Origin: Bugula neritina
Lineage: Eukaryota > Animalia > Bryozoa
Reading direction: 5' to 3'
Assembly (NCBI GenBank): GCA_964035545.1
Contig: OZ037765.1
Span: forward strand, 1,054,001 to 1,118,000
Length of the DNA: 64,000 nt
The notes below the pieces were generated by a model. It saw nothing but the letters and a program-made list of their open reading frames with translations. It did no database searches and was not told the DNA's origin. Shown in pieces: positions 13,501 through 27,335 of the stretch. Both the position numbers and the translations under genes were made by a program. The stretch's first letter is position 1. Each line of letters starts with the position of its first letter.

Positions 13501-15829
13501 CCAATATGAATATAGCTATAACTATAAGTATTACTCAATCAGTTTCACTATGACTATGATAAAATCATAAAATGATAAATAATCCACTAATACTTAGTGA
13601 TAACAGTTACTGATTAGAGTGATCTTAAATTAGTAATCAGTATAGCTGTGAGTATAACTCACTGTAGTACTCTTAATCATAATCATAATGGTAGTGGTAT
13701 GAGTATCACTATCAGTATGGGATCAACTAATACTAATAGTAATACTGTAAAGTGTAATACTAATACTAATACAGTATTACTAATAGTAATAGTAATAGTA
13801 TCAAATCGAAATTAATCAATAGTAAATATAGTTATACTTAAACTTAAAGACTTATACTTATAGTAGTAATAGTTATACTTATAGTATTAGAACCTTATAC
13901 TATGTCTATAGTCTATGACGGTATGACATACCCATAAATGGTGATGTCTAAGTCCTACTTCAAAGTAGCAGTTAAACTTAAAGTTTGATATTCTACTCTG
14001 TATAACCGAGACTGACTATCATACACCTTACATGTCATGCTGAGTATCATTATGATTATCACTTGAGGTTTATGAGTATCACTTTCAGTAAGATAATCAT
14101 ACTATGACTATGAGTTATACTTATAGTCACACCCCGATACCCATACTTCTACTTCTAGTGATCTACTCTTACTCCTAGTTCTACGGGCAAGGCTACTCAC
14201 TCATACTCATAGTCATAGTAACTGATAGTGGTGTAACCTAAACTAATACTATAACCAATGCCAAAAGACAAGGTAAAGCTGAAATTAAAAATAGAAACCA
14301 AAGGGTCATAAATCATATGTGTAATGGTGTTTTAGTTTATGATTGTTTATGTTCATTATATGTTTATTCTACCAAGTACCAACTCATCAGTCACTTAGTT
14401 TTATAGTGATAATTATACTTACACTTATAGCCTACACCCTATAGCTTATTTAATTTTGACTCTACCTTGCCCTTTGGCAGTGATTTAGTTTTAATTAAAT
14501 TGTTATATTTAATGTTTTTCATGAACTTTATGAAATTTTATTGATAAGATATCATATAGTAATAGTGATAATTGTATCATAATGATGATATTGATATATA
14601 AAACATTATGACCATCAATGTATCACTGTGAATGTAATAATTTTTATATAAGTAAATTAATTTACTATTAAATAAAAGTTGTGCAAGTTTATAGTTGGCA
14701 TCCCTGTGAGAAACCCCTGATGGGAAAGGTTTTTTGTTAAATGGGGCTAAGCAATTATTTGGTTGGAGCATAGGAGTAATTATGACTGGATGCTTTTCCT
14801 AACAAATGACAGTAATGAAAAATTGAATATGATTGTTATCTAATCATTATGTAAGGTTAACCTTTATGTTAGGAATCTCAATAGCACGAGCATACAATTC
14901 AATCATCGCCATGTTGGCTGTGATTTTCTTAATCATACTTATTAAGCTTGCAGTTTTTGATATTTGATAGATATAGTATTCATAATAATAGTCACTTAAA
15001 TTTGATGGTAATATTGATCAATAAATTTTAAGTACACTGACTAAATCTAATGATTAGTGGTAATGAAACTAACGACACTCAAACTGATTTGCCTCAAGAC
15101 TGAATTATGTTTTCTAAGTGATGACAGACTAAGATTAAGTTTAATAATAGGGCAGTAGTACATGTAACTAAAAGTATAAGCTAAAGTATACAACCATAAG
15201 TGAGTAACCATGATGTTATCTCGACCAACGCAATCTCAATACTAATACCTGATTTATTGAAAATGTTACTATATATTTGAGTATGAGTATGTAACTGTAT
15301 TAATATGATAAAACTTATACAGTTATGCACATAGTGCTAGTGAAAGTATCTCAAACCGTTGCAAAATCCAACTTTATTCAAAACTTTGCTACAAATACTT
15401 GAGTTTTTATTTTAAGGTTGATCATAAAAAGTTAAAATTATTGTGAATAAATTAATTTTAACTGTTCATTTTACTTCAACATTATCTTTTAATTTAATAA
15501 AGTTTTAATGAATATTAATTTATTTATTTTTCAACAAGTCACTGTTTTAATTAATATAGGTATAAGTTTAGGTATCTAATAACTTTAACCATCATTATAT
15601 TCATCATTTTTAATTTGTATGCCAATTGCTAAATTATAATACCTATACTGATATCACCACTGTGGAATTATTTTTCTTATTCACCTATGTTTGTAATACG
15701 GTTATTGCTTGTTAGTTAGTAGCATATATAACAACTATAGTAATAGCTATAACTACAAGCATATTTAATATGCTAAGGTATATTGAGAGATTGTCATAAA
15801 TATCTCAGTGATCATATACATGACACCCT

Positions 15830-16370
15830 TAGCATTCATGTCTTGAACATCTAGCCATAGCTCCCTTTATATTGTTTCCAGTGTTGAATGCCCATCCTGC
15901 AAGAATGCTTTGCCTCCATTTGAGAGGTGGTAAATTGATTGGATTTTATGTAAAATTTCTTAAGCTCTTGTTTCAGGACATCCTCAAACCTTAGATATAA
16001 GTTCTTCTAGCTGGATGAGTTCCTTTTGATATTAATGCATGCAATCGAGTGCGGCCGGCGGATGAGATACTTTGGCATGTTGACCAGCTCAGTGAAGACA
16101 GAAGAAATTCAGTTTTGAAGAAAGAGAATCCGGGTCTGTGATTTCAAATACATCTTCATTTATCATTTTATCTTCCCAGATTTTACTCAACATGCATCTT
16201 AAACTCCAGGTAAGAAAAGTGCTGAGCTTTGATTCTTGCAGTCCACATGTTGCCCATTTTTTTGATCCACAAGGAAGAATGCTGAGAACACAAACTTCGT
16301 AGACTTTTCTTTTGGCGTGAATATTAGGGTGGTTGTTTGTCCATATTTGCTACTTCACAAAGTGGAATTA
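15830..16370 (-). mobile_element. 3' fragment of an RTE-clade LINE (decayed C-terminal part of the RT ORF)
   Basis: Minus strand translates IWTNNHPNIHAKRKVYEVCVLSILPCGSKKW...SLRCMLSKIWEDKMINEDVF, matching the RTE pattern K..VY..CVLS.LLYGSE.W...CLR.IL.I.W.D...N..V; contains stops and frameshifts. Confidence 0.75.
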
Positions 16371-17347
16371 TTTTGGTATTTGTCATATCCTGCAGAGCCC
16401 ATTTAAATGTTTGAGCAGAAAAAGTAAAAATAAATATTTAGCAGTGTGTTTACTGTTTTGATGATGGTTTTAGGGAAACATCTAGATTTACCATTCATGT
16501 ACTTGTGACAGGCCTGTGTTTCAGCGATTAGGAGAGTAGAATTTTTCTTTAATAGAAATTGAGTCATGCAAGGGAAGCTGGTTTCCTTACTTTATTAAGC
16601 AAAATTTGCTATCATAACAACAGAAGTGTTGCTAGCCTTGATTTGGAAACATTTTATATTTATAACTCTGATACTTATTTTGAGACATTTGGCTGCATGT
16701 TGGATAGATTGCATAGCATCTTTACTTGCGCTAATACTTAGAAGCATTTACTTGGTTTTCCTATAGTTTTATTTTGAATGTTTTTATGACATATTGCAGA
16801 ACTGTGGGTTCATTCTACTTGTAAGTATATTCCATAGGTCTAACTCAAACCCTGTGAATTTTCAAGTTACTATGGCAAGCTATGATGAAAGAAATGCTAA
16901 ACTGGACAGGTAATAGAAAAGAAAGTCCGATAATTTTTTTAATTGTAATTTAAATTACTTAGCTTGCATTACTCAGCAGTATGGTAGCAGTGGTAGAACC
17001 AGCAGCAGTAGCAGCAGGAGTAGATCATAGTATAGTAGTATTGATAAAATGATTGATAGATTAGAACTGTAATTTTGAATATTAAAAATATGACAATGCC
17101 ACTGTGCGCCATAAATTTCTTGATGGCCATTAAAATCAGCCATTAAATCAGTTTTCTTTTGGCTAGAACAAGCACTGCTGCCTGGACATAGTAATATATT
17201 ATATGTATGAACTGTATGTTAATTATATGTAGAGGAATTATTTTTGCTAGCTTTAATAAAAAACCCTGCTCGTTTCTCATATTATTGTATTGTCAGTTTC
17301 AGCAATTTCAGGCCAGATACATTTAAATTATACCTTGCAAATTTTAG

Positions 17348-19001
17348 GCCTGTTCCAGTCTACCTGTCAACACATTTGTTTGATCTGATCTAATTATGAT
17401 GGCCTTCCAAGCAATGTAGTTAGCAAAAGTGAGAGAACTAATATTGCTTTTTCAGCCTATATTATGTTTGAAACCAGTAAAATAATAGAAATCATGAAAC
17501 TAGTAATAGGCAATCCTATAATGCTGTTTAATAAACTTATTTGCGCTGTTACTTTAGTGATTTCGACGCTGTTTTATAAATTATTAGCAATCTTTCAAAG
17601 ATGAATAAATATACATTTTCTTTTAGTATGTCACCAATTGGAATATTTGGACCTGTATACCTATCTAGTGGAGGTGTTAATTTGTAAGCATATTGGTTTT
17701 ACCAAGATTATTGATTAAAGCAGTTGCTGAAAGCCAAAATAAAATGCTAACCAAAGTTCATATCTAGTGGGCTACAATTTGCCAACTTCTATAAAGCATA
17801 TAATAGCTAGTAATTGTTTCTATGCTGTACCACTTGACGGTCTGTTCTCTTTTACCTTACTCTATATTATGCTGTATAAATTCTAGCACACCTATCTGGT
17901 TTTTAATCATTTCTTGCACCATATGCCAATATTTTTTACGTAGATGCATACAATCGGACAGCTGGATGGCCTGGCTATTGTGGAGAAGCATCATAACCAC
18001 CTGCTTGGTGTTGGAGCCGAGTGCATATCAAGGTGGGTAGCACAACTTCTCAGTTCATAAGTAGCAGCCTAGTTTTTTAAAAGGTTTGACTATATTAAAA
18101 TATAAACATTTTGTTATTGCACTAATACAATGATAAAATGAGCAAACAGTTTCCAATATAACTTGCTGCTGGTGAGATTTAGAGTACTTGTAGTAGAAAC
18201 AATATTAGTAGTGGTGGTGGTGGTGGCGGCAGTGGCAGCGGCGGTAGTGGTAAAAGTAATAGTAGCAGCAGTAGTAGCAGCAGTAGCAGCAGTAGTAGTA
18301 GTAGAAGTAGAAGTAGTAGCAGCAGTAGTAGAAGTAGTAGCAGCAGCAGTAGCAGCAGCAGTAGTAGTAGCAGTAGCAGTAGTAGAAGTAGTAGCAGCAG
18401 CAGTAGCAGCAGTAGTAGTAGTAGTAGAAGTAGTAGCAGCAGCAGTAGCAGCAGTAGTAGTAGTAGTAGTAGAAGTAGAAGTAGTAGCAGCAGTAGTAGC
18501 AGTAGTAGTAGTAGCAGTAGTAGTAGTAGCAGTAGCAGTAGCAGTAGTAGTAGTAGAAGTAATAATAATAAAATAATAACATTATTAGTAGTAGTGGTGA
18601 AGTTGCTTTTGGTTCTGACGTTAGTACTGTTAGTGGTAGAGATGGTGTTGGTAGAAATAGGATTAGTGGTTGTGCACTCATAGTTGAAGGCATAAAGCAT
18701 AAACCAGAATTGAATACATATATAACATAGATATGATATGACTTCTTATTTATATTGATTTACTATCTTGCATGAACATGGCATTTTCGCTATCAACATT
18801 AGTGTTTGTATTATATACTTTCACTAAACAAGCTTGTTAAATTTATAAAAAATTATGTAGGTGATGACTTTTGCATATCTGTGTTTAATTTTAAAAATAT
18901 CATGTTGCATAATTATTTTTTAGGTGTCTGGTGAGCGGACGACTTCATTTTCGGCTGCTTCATGGCACCTTTATTTTCGGAAAAGATGTAACCACTTGTA
19001 A
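17348..19001 (+). pseudogene. Decayed multi-exon gene with an NRF1/Ewg-like DNA-binding region, inside the 18-kb insertion
   Basis: GT-AG exons 17348-17428, 17627-17683, 17944-18032 and 18924-19001 join in phase to DGLPSNVVSKICHQLEYLDLYTYLVEVLIYAYNRTAGWPGYCGEAS*PPAWCWSRVHIKVSGERTTSFSAASWHLYFRK. This resembles NRF1 DGIP...EMLKY..GRGKPGWG..CKPIWW...W..V...SW; in-frame stops present. Confidence 0.4.
18205..18575. repeat. (AGT/AGC)n compound trinucleotide microsatellite
   Basis: Directly visible; source of the spurious poly-V/A, poly-L and poly-Y/C ORFs. Confidence 0.97.
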
Positions 19002-19673
19002 AATCAGTTTTTTTATGGTGAACTAAACAATATAATGTTTAACAAAATTCTTTTTTGGTTAAAAATAAAGGTATACTGTCTTTGGCTTTCTGTTATTTCT
19101 ATATTGTGTTCTTCTGTTGCTATGTGTAATTGATGAGATGACTCCAAACTCTTGCACATCCGCCACAATAAAGTTGATAATTTTGCTATGTGCATCAAGA
19201 TTTTGTTATAAGTAGATATAGTTTTGCAATGATAGTGTTGATGCTGCAGCAGGTAACATTCTAATAGGATAAACCAAACAGAATTTAAGCTAAAACATTC
19301 TAAAAAAAATACAGCATTGCTTGAGCCACCTTGCCTTCTCTTTTTTCTAGACAAAAGTTGTTAGCTAAATAAGGAAAAGACAAATTAATGATTTCTGTGA
19401 GAGTTGTCTACTACAAAAATTACGTAGCAGATCATCATTAGTAACCATAACAACACGTACATGTTTACAGCACTCATGTGCTCTCTTTGTTCTGATTCGT
19501 CAACAGTCGCGCCCTAGACAGTCGATGCTATCTTACGAAAATATATTGTTTATTGCGGCTAATATCGCGAGATGGCAAAATGAGGATCGACCCTGACAGT
19601 CGTAAAAGCCATGCGATGCACTGGAGTTAAGCATAAAATTAAAATTAATTCAAAACTAGTGGTTTTTACTTAC

Positions 19674-19810
19674 TTTTAAAATTGATGAATAGTTAATCAA
19701 TGTACGTTTTCTTAATATTATACTGGTATTCTGGCAGGTTATTCTGCGAACGTCATGACAAATTTCATTGGCTAGAAAGTTAACATATTTGATTGGTTAG
19801 AAAATCTGTT
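19674..19810 (-). promoter_or_regulatory. Displaced non-coding first exon and CCAAT promoter segment of caspase copy 1
   Basis: Reverse complement reads tattaagaaaacgtacattgattaactattcatcaattttaaaa|gtaagtaaaa, matching 29708-29755 of copy 2. Upstream ttctagccaatgaaatttgtcatga matches ttctagccaataaaacttatcatga near 28886 and 42746. Two CCAAT boxes present. Confidence 0.75.
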
Positions 19811-20763
19811 TGCCTACACAAGTAGTAACTAGAGCGGTTTCTCAGTTTTTGGCATCTGTCCAGCTGCTTTATGAAGGCAATTCTAGCAATAGCTCAAACA
19901 AGTTGAATGTCACAACAAAATATAGAGTTTTTTTTACTTTTCTCAAACTAATTTCCTTTTAGAGTTATATCATTGTAAAAAGTTATTTGGGTGCTTCTGA
20001 GCCAAGCAGCTCTAACTATGCTTTTTATTACTTTATAGGTGCTATAGTGCTGTGACCCCAAAGTTTACATTCCGTAACCTGTCAAGCCTTGTTGTATCAT
20101 TGTTGCATGGGTTCAATTAAATATGACTATTATATGTACTGTCAAATCTACTCAGTTCCAGCTATCTAATATCTTGTTGTGTGTTAACTTTTTATAGCTT
20201 ACTAAATCTCCTTTATACACAACTTTAAGAAATTTTCTTTGACATCTCAGCTAAAAGAAATATCTGAAATTATTGATATTTTTAATGTGAAATAGCAACT
20301 GCTTGTCTATAGTCAAGTCATTAACATAAATAGTTAACTTACATGTATTTATGTTCATAAAAACATGTACTTCTAACTTGAGTTTTGACGTAAATTCAAT
20401 AGTTTTAAAACAGCGATCATGTATAGTAAATGTTTTATTGTCTGTTTTCTCAAAATTAATCTAATAAATTCACTCTTTACGATAAACTAAACAGCACCAT
20501 CACGAATACAAAGATCTTACGCACGCTATTATATAATATGCTATGGTTTAATGAACAGTTTCCAGTTGAACAGGCGCTTATTCTACACAAATACGTATAA
20601 TACACGCGTCAATGTCAGATGTATAACGACAAAAATTAGCTTCTCTTTATTAAATTACCATCTAGAATAATACCGTATAATTTCAACAGTCTATTACTTT
20701 TAAGCATATAGAAATATTATAAATCAGAGTTTTCTATAAGTGTTGTCTTTAGTTCTTTATAAA

Positions 20764-20944
20764 CTAGTCCTCGTGGGACGTGGCAGTACCCCCCTCACTT
20801 AGACCATGTAGGGCACTGGCTAGTAGATGTATGTTCTTCATCTGACTCTCCTTCTGCTCACTCAGCTCATCTCTGATCTCTTCAGCAGCCTCTGTTAGCT
20901 AATCTAAACACTGTATCTGAACTCTCCATCTTGTTACAGTCTCT
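20764..20944 (-). pseudogene. Duplicated last exon of the TEX12-like gene, with a nonsense codon
   Basis: Near-identical 181-nt copy of 56498-56678 with part of its 3' flank; AAG (K) is changed to TAG; upstream exons are absent. Confidence 0.9.
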
Positions 20945-22857
20945 CTATAACATAAATAAATAAAATGTAGAGTAATAATATATAATAAATACTATGGAGC
21001 TTTTTAGAGTTACTAACATATTATTATATGATGATTGTATGCAATTAAATGGAAACAGAAGTTTTAATGAGTTCGCTCTCTATTAAAGGTTTTAGCTAAA
21101 TCACTGTGGGAGGACACAACTCTTAACTTTAAATTGTGTATCCGGTATCGGGACTTTGGAAAAGGGTTTATTAACTGAAAACATAATTTTACTCTTGTAG
21201 TTCTTTCAAGTATTTGCAATAAGGAGTTCTGCTTATCTGATTTGTTTTCTTTCAAGGAAAGAAACTTATGTGGGGAAGACAGTAGAGATTGAATGAATCA
21301 AAGCGAGTCTATAACTCTAAAATTCTAAAACTGAATTGGATTTTGTAAAAAACTAAACTTGAAAATTTATAGGCTTTAAATTAGATTTTTCACGACAGCT
21401 AATTTTTCAGGGATGCAAATTATTAGATTTTGTGAATACAGTTAGATTTTATGGAGACCATGTGCTTTCCATACTAAAATTTATTCTAATCCAATAAACT
21501 TTCCTTTAAAAATTATTTTAGATGTTTAAACTTTATCACTTTAACAAGCCTTGCATTACTTGTCAACAACTTTCCAATTCCGAGCAGATAACTCTGAATA
21601 ATATACTTGTGAGGAAATTACAAGTGGAAGTTTTAAAAATAAACAAATCTTGATGCAGTAGAATTACACATTTTATTTCTTAGCTTCAATTTGCTGCAAT
21701 AAAAGCCACAAGACTCTGCTGTATAACAAACACATTAATTTTTGTTTAATGCTTCTGTGATTATTATATTTTTTAAAAATGCATATGCATATGTGTGTAC
21801 TTGCATGGTCAATAATGTCAACCTAGATTATCATAATTACTGCAAGATATGCAGGGAGTAAACTTTACATCATTACTAATTACGTATATTCTACGAGTAT
21901 TTTGTAATGAAAGGTTCAGTTCTTTATCAAAGTTTCAACTTTTTACCATAGAGTTGAGAAATATCATTCTGCTACAATACCTCACTGTGACTAGACATGA
22001 GAAAACTAACTTTGGTTCTCAATGTGGTGTATTCTTTGCTGCATAATTACACTGTGACGTACTATTATTATCTCTGTAAGCCACGCCCACTATTTATTTC
22101 TATTTGCTGTATAATCTGATAGTTTTAGGAAATTGACTAATCAGAGAATATTAAAATGTGCTACTCAGTGGAGACTGTCTAGCCTTTGGATCATAAAAAG
22201 TCCATAAAATATTATAACCTAGCATATCAATTGCTAACTATAATATAATATAATAGAATATAATGTACCATATTATAATATAATATAATCTGATGGCCTG
22301 GGTGCAGACGGCGCTGAGTCATAGCCGACCCGGCAGCTCAGCCAGTGACATACTCTCAGACAGCTCTTACCCTCTCCACTCCAACCGTAGCAGTGAGTTC
22401 TGTTAGAGTTGTGTTCTTCCTGTCACTTTGTAGACTGAATATTCTCAGTTGGTATTTCTTAGTCTGAGAAAACAGTTTGCAAAGTTCTCATTCAACTTTT
22501 TTAAACTCCTTTTTGTAAACAAGAAGAGGGAAGACAACTACCAATAAATAAATATTTATACTACAATGATAAGGGGAGAGGGGGAAAATTTGAAGACATT
22601 TTTATCAAATGTCAATTTTACAAAGTGCTCATTCAAATTTGTAATTTTTTTGTAAAATTGACATTTTATTAAAATAACCCCCCCCCCCCCGCCTCCCCCC
22701 TCCTGTTATTATGGTAGAATAATATTTATTTATTGGTTGTTGTCTTCTCTCTTATTGTTATACTTGCTATAAGCATGAAGCACCATGGTGACGCAATATT
22801 TTGCTGACATAATCTACATATGATACTAAACTTTACTTTGAGTTTCACACTTATTAG

Positions 22858-23153
22858 GTAGTTGTGATGGAAGCTTGTCAAGGAAGGATTTAAAGTTACA
22901 GACCTTCAGACAATGATTAATCCTTACGATAATGCAATGATTCTGATGTCTTGTGACAAAGGACAAGACACCCCTTTTGATGTTTTTAGCAGCTAGTAAA
23001 AAATATGTTGACAAGCAGAAGGAAAACCACAAAATAATTCAAGAAGATTTTAATGGTAAGCCTGTGATGTATCGTTCTGAACCCAGCAAAGATATCCAGG
23101 TTCCAAGTTCCATAAGCAAGCCATCTGAGTCTAATCAGCAAGACTCTCAGTAG
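22858..23153 (+). pseudogene. Decayed orphan caspase catalytic/p10 exon
   Basis: ttag|GTA GTT GTG ATG GAA GCT TGT CAA followed by a frameshifting deletion and stop, plus a second internal deletion; closest in sequence and upstream context to 38440-38817. Confidence 0.9.
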
Positions 23154-25101
23154 TGACATCTTAAACTGTGTAGTTCACACCATGCCCTTACAAAGGACAC
23201 CAAACTTTTTGAAATCAACTGTAAAGAATCAAACAAAGAAGCATAATAGCCCTTGTTACAAATACCACTAGAACTTTTATTTTTAGCTTTTAATGGTGAT
23301 ATTTGTTATTATTAGATAGTTTATTCTCCTGTGCAGCAGTCAGCTGCCTAATAATAGATAAAGCCTAACCACCACCTTTGTTGAAGTCAGTTTTTAGGGT
23401 TTGACAGGAACTGATTCATCTTCCTTTGTGAGGTCATCACATGTGCCCCATAGTTAGCTGACCCTAATTGTAGCTAAATTTAGATGTAATTACCTTTTCT
23501 TTGTGATTGCCCTGGTATTTAAGGCAGCATTGAAACTCCAAAAAGACAGTCACTCATGTAGCCTAAGCTGAGCTACTTATTTTGTTAAGTTAAGTGACAA
23601 AGAGCTAAATTTTGAAGATATTATAGCAAGCTCGTCAAGAGAATAAAGGTATTTTATTATTATTCTTTGCTATTTTTAACTTGATAATGCTTTATGTCTT
23701 TTATCACAATTTTTATTGCTGTTATATTTTAATATTATATCGTGATGTTTGCTGGTATTTGAACAACTGTATTGTATGAGTTTTAGCACACCTATATGTA
23801 TTCTTTATGTTACTTGTAGTTTTTATGATTTAGAAGAAAATTAATAAAAGTGAGAGATTTGTTAAAACTTCTTCTCAGTCCGTACCAAAACCATTTTTGT
23901 GGCGAGACCTTGCTCAACATCAACCATTCAATTTTACAGTGATAGCACTTTCTAGTAAACCATTAACACATATTATCATAAGTCATATGACCATACTTAG
24001 TAGACAGAGCACGTGTTGTCTGTGCCCTAGTCTTTATCACTTTCATCATCAAGATTCAGGTGTACTGTAATATGATTTGTGTGCACCTGCAATACTGATG
24101 CTATGTGTAGATCACTGTGAAATACCTAGGAAGGTTCATGCAGGTGATTGCTTGCTCAGCTTTGCTACGCAATATTTCATCATCTAATCTTATCTGTATT
24201 TGTCTGATTTATGATGTAATTTCCTGTATCTATGTGCATGCAAACTGTTAATGCAGGGAGACCGTGATCTGATAGTTTCTGGAAATCGACCAATCAGAGA
24301 ATATTAAAATGTGCTACTCAATGGAGACTGCTTATAGTCTTATGACAATAAAAAGTCCATAAATATTATACCCCAGCATCTCATTTGTTAACTATAATAT
24401 AATATAATTTAATATGATATAATATAATATAACTCAATACAGTACAATGTAATACAATATAATATAACAATGATTTAATATAATATTGCTCTTCACTAGT
24501 TTTAAAAGCATTGAAATGCACAGGCCATAAACACCAACAGCTGCATGCTGCTTCTACAATCTACATCTTTGACACCTGACTGATTAGATAGTCTCAACAA
24601 TGAATATCTATAACACATAGTTTTTGACATTAGCCCAAAATCTAAGTTTTCAAGGTATTAGGACTAATAGAGATCAGCCTTCATTTTAAACAATTTATAT
24701 AGCCTGTGTTCATATATCTGGCTATGCAAAAGTTCCTGGTTAGGATAAGATGTGTTGCTCAATGATATTATTCCTCTATTAAACTGTATGTACAAGATAA
24801 AATAACATAGTTTGCTGCTACTGCTTAGGTTTTAAAGTGTCTTCTGCATCACCTGTCTTTGAGATGTTGAGTGGTTACAATGACAAATCACATCCAGAGT
24901 TTCTGTTATATTATAATAGATGTATATCAGGATTTAAAAATGTGGCAGCTAAAAGCTATCAAATAATTTACTCAAATCAACACATTATAGCAACTTCTTT
25001 GTTAACTTGAATATATTTTTTGTAACTTGATGTTGTATAAAGCCTCTAAGTGGTATGTTTGAATTTGTCTAGTAATTAAATGTATCAGCATGCACTTAAA
25101 C

Positions 25102-25438
25102 CAGGCTGTTCAATGGGCTGCCCTAAAGCCGGATATGGCCCCCAGCCTACATTTATGTGGCCCTCGAAGGCATAAAGCTAAAATTAATTTTTCTCGTATA
25201 CATGAATTAGAATGGAAAACCACCTTTTATATGTCTTATTTCTACACAAGACACAAAACATGCAGCTTCAGTAACAATTGAGACGAATTATTGAGTAACG
25301 ATTCATAAATTTTTGGAATAAAGCAATTTGAAAAATACTGATACTATGCCTCCCAACTCAAGCTAAAGTTTACAATGTGCCCATCCACATAATATTCCAT
25401 TTCAGTAGCCATTGGTCTGAAAAGGTTGGACCCCCCTG
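25102..25438. mobile_element. hAT-type MITE
   Basis: CAGG...CCTG termini (right end aaggttggacccccctg) with 8-bp TSD acttaaac/gcttaaac. Confidence 0.75.
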
Positions 25439-27127
25439 GCTTAAACAATGACAACTTGAATAAAGGAGGCAACCCATCAGATCAATGAAATCAATAGCAG
25501 CTCATTGATGAAATATATAAATAAACTATTCACAGTTGGTTTAAGGTCATACTTTTCAGTTTCTGGCTCTTTGCCAGGTGCTTTATGTTCTATATGAACA
25601 ATGTTCCACTGATAGCTCGAACAGGTTGAATGTCACAAGAGCAAAAAAAATATGAAAAGATAAAGAAACTTATGTTCTCCAATATACTTTTTTATTTTTT
25701 TCAAAAGCCAATTCATGTTTAAGTTATAGCGTGTTGAAAAATATAGTCCCCCTTCCACATTCTTTTCAATTTATACGCTCCTGACTTGTTATTGTGTCTC
25801 AATATGCCTTGTATTTGAGTGCTCGTTAGTCTCGCTTCACTAACTTTGCCTATACTTCACAAGTGCCAGTGCTGCTGGCTCAAAAGCTAAATGTTATAAA
25901 CTGTCAGCTAAAACCCAATCTTGTATTCCTAGGTTGGTTGGCCTAAATAAAACGATAGTCAAATCATGATTTCATGTTTTAAAAATTTACTCTATTCTAA
26001 CCTGCTGCCTAGCTAGTTCTATTTTTGATGTATAATTACAGAATTTGTGAAACATTTTTTCGGCAACCATCCTAGTTATAAAATGCAGTAATGGTACTTA
26101 TAATATTATATTATTATCATTATAATATATTATATAGTATAATGTGTGTTTTTATTATACTGCATAATATATATTTTATTATTGTTGTTGTGCAAACAAG
26201 TGCAATTAACCTAGTTTTCAAAATTTACCTCTAAATTATCAGAATATCAGTTTAGATATTTTCATGCTTTGTTAGGTAAACCTAAAAAAAGAGGCTGTAT
26301 TCCCAAAGTAAAGGGTGTTGAACTATGAACTATATTAGATTAGCCACATTTGCTACCAAGTGCATCAGTATAATATTATATGAATAGCTCTGATGCTTTG
26401 TCTCCGGTGGCTGGCTGCGATATGATAACTTGGCCAACTTCCAAGAGTTTAAAATTGGCGCAATTATTCAAGAGGTTACATACTGCACAGAGCTAGCAGT
26501 GATAGTAACCTTGCTATTGACAGTACTTATTACAACTGCCAGCATATAAGCTGCATTGTAGAATGCCGTTGGGGTAGGCTAGTAAAACCAAATTCTGCTC
26601 TCTAATATACCTTAGACACAACGCAGCAACACAATTTTTAGTTTCAAATTACATTTGCCACCCTTACATAAGCTGTGGGCTTCATAAAGATTCATATGAT
26701 TAGAGATTTATGCTATAGGCCCTATCTGTGCTAGTGTATGATGAAAATAACACACCATTGTCAAAGTTAACTTCAAGTATGTTGTTTTCCAGAAACTCAG
26801 TAATGTCCATTTATCTCTCGCATACAAATACTTATGTAATACCATACAGTTTAAGTTTTATTTTAGAGCACATCTGCAAACTCTACAATAAGAGCTTGCT
26901 TTACCAGTCTATTTCAGACCTGTTTTTGTAGCTAGTAATACGCAAGCTACTTATTTTTAAACTTTTGGGTTATTTGTTCAAAACCATTAGCCTTGCTAGT
27001 AACCCGGGGCTATTGCAACAGTTCACTGCTAATCAACATGAATTGACAGCCTAATAATTATAACCCATTTGCGCGCGAAATATTTATGTACTCATAGTTA
27101 CTCATATAGTTAGCAATTTATTAACGA

Positions 27128-27335
27128 TGACTGCGTGGTCCAGAGGTTAAAGGCGTCGGCGAGAAGCTGGTTGGTCATGGTTCAATCCTAGTATGCTGCA
27201 ATTTTTTTTGTCAACTTATGCAAATCCTACGCATGTATAATAAATATGGCTATAATTGTAAAGTTTTTTTTAACTTTTGTTCAACAGTAAGACAACATAC
27301 ATGCATAATACTTAGCTACTGAACACTGGGCTAAA
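27128..27335 (+). mobile_element. Interspersed repeat with tRNA-like head, SINE-like
   Basis: A-box-like tggtccagagg and B-box ggttcaatcc followed by a T run; body homologous to 3615-3890 (-). Confidence 0.5.

Noticed and set aside
18163-18700. Poly-V/A, poly-L and poly-Y/C ORFs
   Set aside because: Translations of an (AGT/AGC)n microsatellite.
27128-27205. Functional tRNA gene (also ~3815-3885)
   Set aside because: A/B boxes are present but there is no convincing cloverleaf, and it is attached to a shared repeat body.
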